Position numbers and translations under genes: made by a program
The notes under the pieces: generated by a model
Told to the model about the DNA's origin: nothing
The model's input: the letters and a program-made list of their open reading frames with translations, nothing else
The model's database searches: none
Source of the DNA: Octopus sinensis
Taxonomy: Eukaryota
Length of the DNA: 64,000 nucleotides
Reading direction: 5' to 3'
Assembly: GCF_006345805.1 (NCBI RefSeq)
Contig: NC_042998.1
Coordinates: 206,894,001-206,958,000, forward strand
Part shown: piece after piece, positions 62,082 through 64,000 of the stretch
Numbering within the stretch: position 1 is the stretch's first letter
Layout: the number at the start of each line of letters is the position of its first letter

Positions 62082-64000
62082 AGATATTCAAGAAAAGCTT
62101 TTAAACACTCTTCTAAATAATTTCCATGTTTCTGCTTAACATAGAAATACAATAAATCCTGTTAATATAATAAAAATTTAGCCGTCTTTTAAATTTTAAA
62201 ATGTCTATTCAACTTTATCTAATTCCGTCCTCTCAAACATGCCTGAGAAGCCGTAGTAGGTCAATGGAGTTGCAGGTAAAGTCACTCCTCTAGAAATATA
62301 TATACATATCAGAATATATATTAGGTCATTACATATGTAGAGCATTTGAAGGCCACCTGCTTGATAGACATTTATTTATTTATTTATTTATCTAATTTAT
62401 TTTATTTAACTTTATTACACAATAGGCGTAAGAGTGGCTGTGTGGTAAATAGCTTGGTTACAAACCACATGGTTCTGGGTTCAGTCCCACTTGGGCAAGT
62501 GTCTTCTACTATAGCCTCGGGCCGACCAAAGCCTTGTGAGTAGATTTGGTAGATGGAAACTGAAAGAAGCCCGTCATATATATGTGAATATCATCATCAT
62601 CATTGTTTAATGTGATGATGATATTCACATATATATGACGATATATATATATATGTGTGTGTGTCTGTGTTTTTCCCCCCCACCATCGCTTGACAACCGG
62701 TGGGGGGGGGGTGTTAATGTTCCCCTGTCACTTAGCGGTTCGGCAAAAGAGACCGATAGAATAAGTACTGGGCTTACAAAGAATAAGTCCTGGGGTCGAT
62801 TTGCTCGACTAAAGGCCAGTGCTCCAGCATGGCCACAGTCAAATGACTGAAACAAGTAAAAGGAAAAGGAAAGGAATATCTTACACAGCAATACATCACC
62901 ACTGTTATCTTTCAAATACTACTTCATAGAGAAGAACCGTACACTCTGTCCCTCTTCCTTTTCTGCAGAGAAACTCTCCTTACAAATTTGCATCTCTGCC
63001 CTCTCCTCAACCACTGTTTCATTTTCATTTCCCATGCTGGCAATGAAAGACTGCCCTTCCTAACGCCAACCACTCTGAGAGTGTAGTGGGTGTTTTTTAC
63101 ATGCCATTGACCTGACACCAGCATCAGCCATGACTACCGTCTCACTTGGCTTCACAGCTCAACACAGGCATGGTATATCACCAAGGGTCTTGGTCACCTG
63201 TCACTGCCACCATGAGGCCCAACACTTGAACACTGCATTTTAGGTGCCAGTCAGACGGCACTGGTATTGGCCACAACTACGTTTTCACTCGGTCCGACAG
63301 GTCTTCACAAGCACAGCATATCGCCCAATGATTGAAGGGGTGCTTTTAACAGGTCAGTTGCAGGACACTGGCATTGGCCATGACTACGATCTCCTCCATA
63401 GAAATCTCCACTATGTCTAATGGTCCTTTCACAGGAAAATCAACAACTTTCTGGGAATTCCTTGTTCCTCCTACAATCATTAACTCACAGATACTCAAGC
63501 TGAGTACAAACCACATCAATCTTACAAGTCTTGGGGGCCTTGCAAGCCATAGCCCTGTCCCTTTTACCAACAAAGCCATATTTAAAAAGAAAAAAAACAA
63601 AAAAGATCAAACCAACAACACATTACATTATGGTGTCATGAAGTCATACAAACAATATAATGTCACTTGGATGTAGAAGAATTTGGAATTAAAAAGTTAA
63701 TTGAAATCATACTCAATAACAAAAAAAAATAGAGATTCATAGGACCCCCTCCCCAAATGGTAATTAGTTTTTTTAAAAACAATTCAAATACAATAGTTCA
63801 CGTGAGTGGCAGTCATTAACGAAGTGATTCCCAAATGGTATGCAGCAAAGCATATCTCAGTCCACCACATCGTTTTAAAATCTTCATTTTGAATCATCAT
63901 CATCATCATCGTTTAATGTCTGCCTTCCATGCTGGCATGGGTTGGACAGTTCAACTGGGGTCTGTAAAGCCAGAAGGCTGCACCAGGCCCAGTCTGATCT

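Overview
Eukaryotic, repeat-saturated animal DNA. The SINE, RTE and microsatellite content is most consistent with an Octopus-type cephalopod genome (inference). The only host gene I can support is Rab21 on the minus strand: four spliced coding exons (53492-53385, 50109-49991, 47272-47184, 44984-44869), all with GT-AG boundaries and in-frame joins, ending in a CC prenylation motif. Its N-terminal exons were not found and probably lie beyond 64000. The rest is mostly TE debris: RTE, CR1-like, RLE-type and Penelope-like retroelement fragments, several tRNA-derived SINE families, mariner and maT transposons, MITEs, a probable solo LTR, and microsatellites. Most entries in the ORF track are low-complexity or TE artefacts. 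The main finding is four unrelated short non-coding element families that each carry a minimal type-I hammerhead-ribozyme-like motif built the same way: open helix I, CUGANGA-type core, one extra A, helix II, GAAA, a CpG-centred palindromic helix III, and an NUH site. They occur as a 353-bp tandem array with an inverted leader, as the tail of a tRNA-headed SINE, and as (TA)n-embedded 5'-truncated copies. This points to a set of non-autonomous Penelope-type, retrozyme-like elements. Three of the motifs are in the sense orientation of the Rab21 transcription unit. Ribozyme activity is untested, and TE boundaries marked approximate are by eye.
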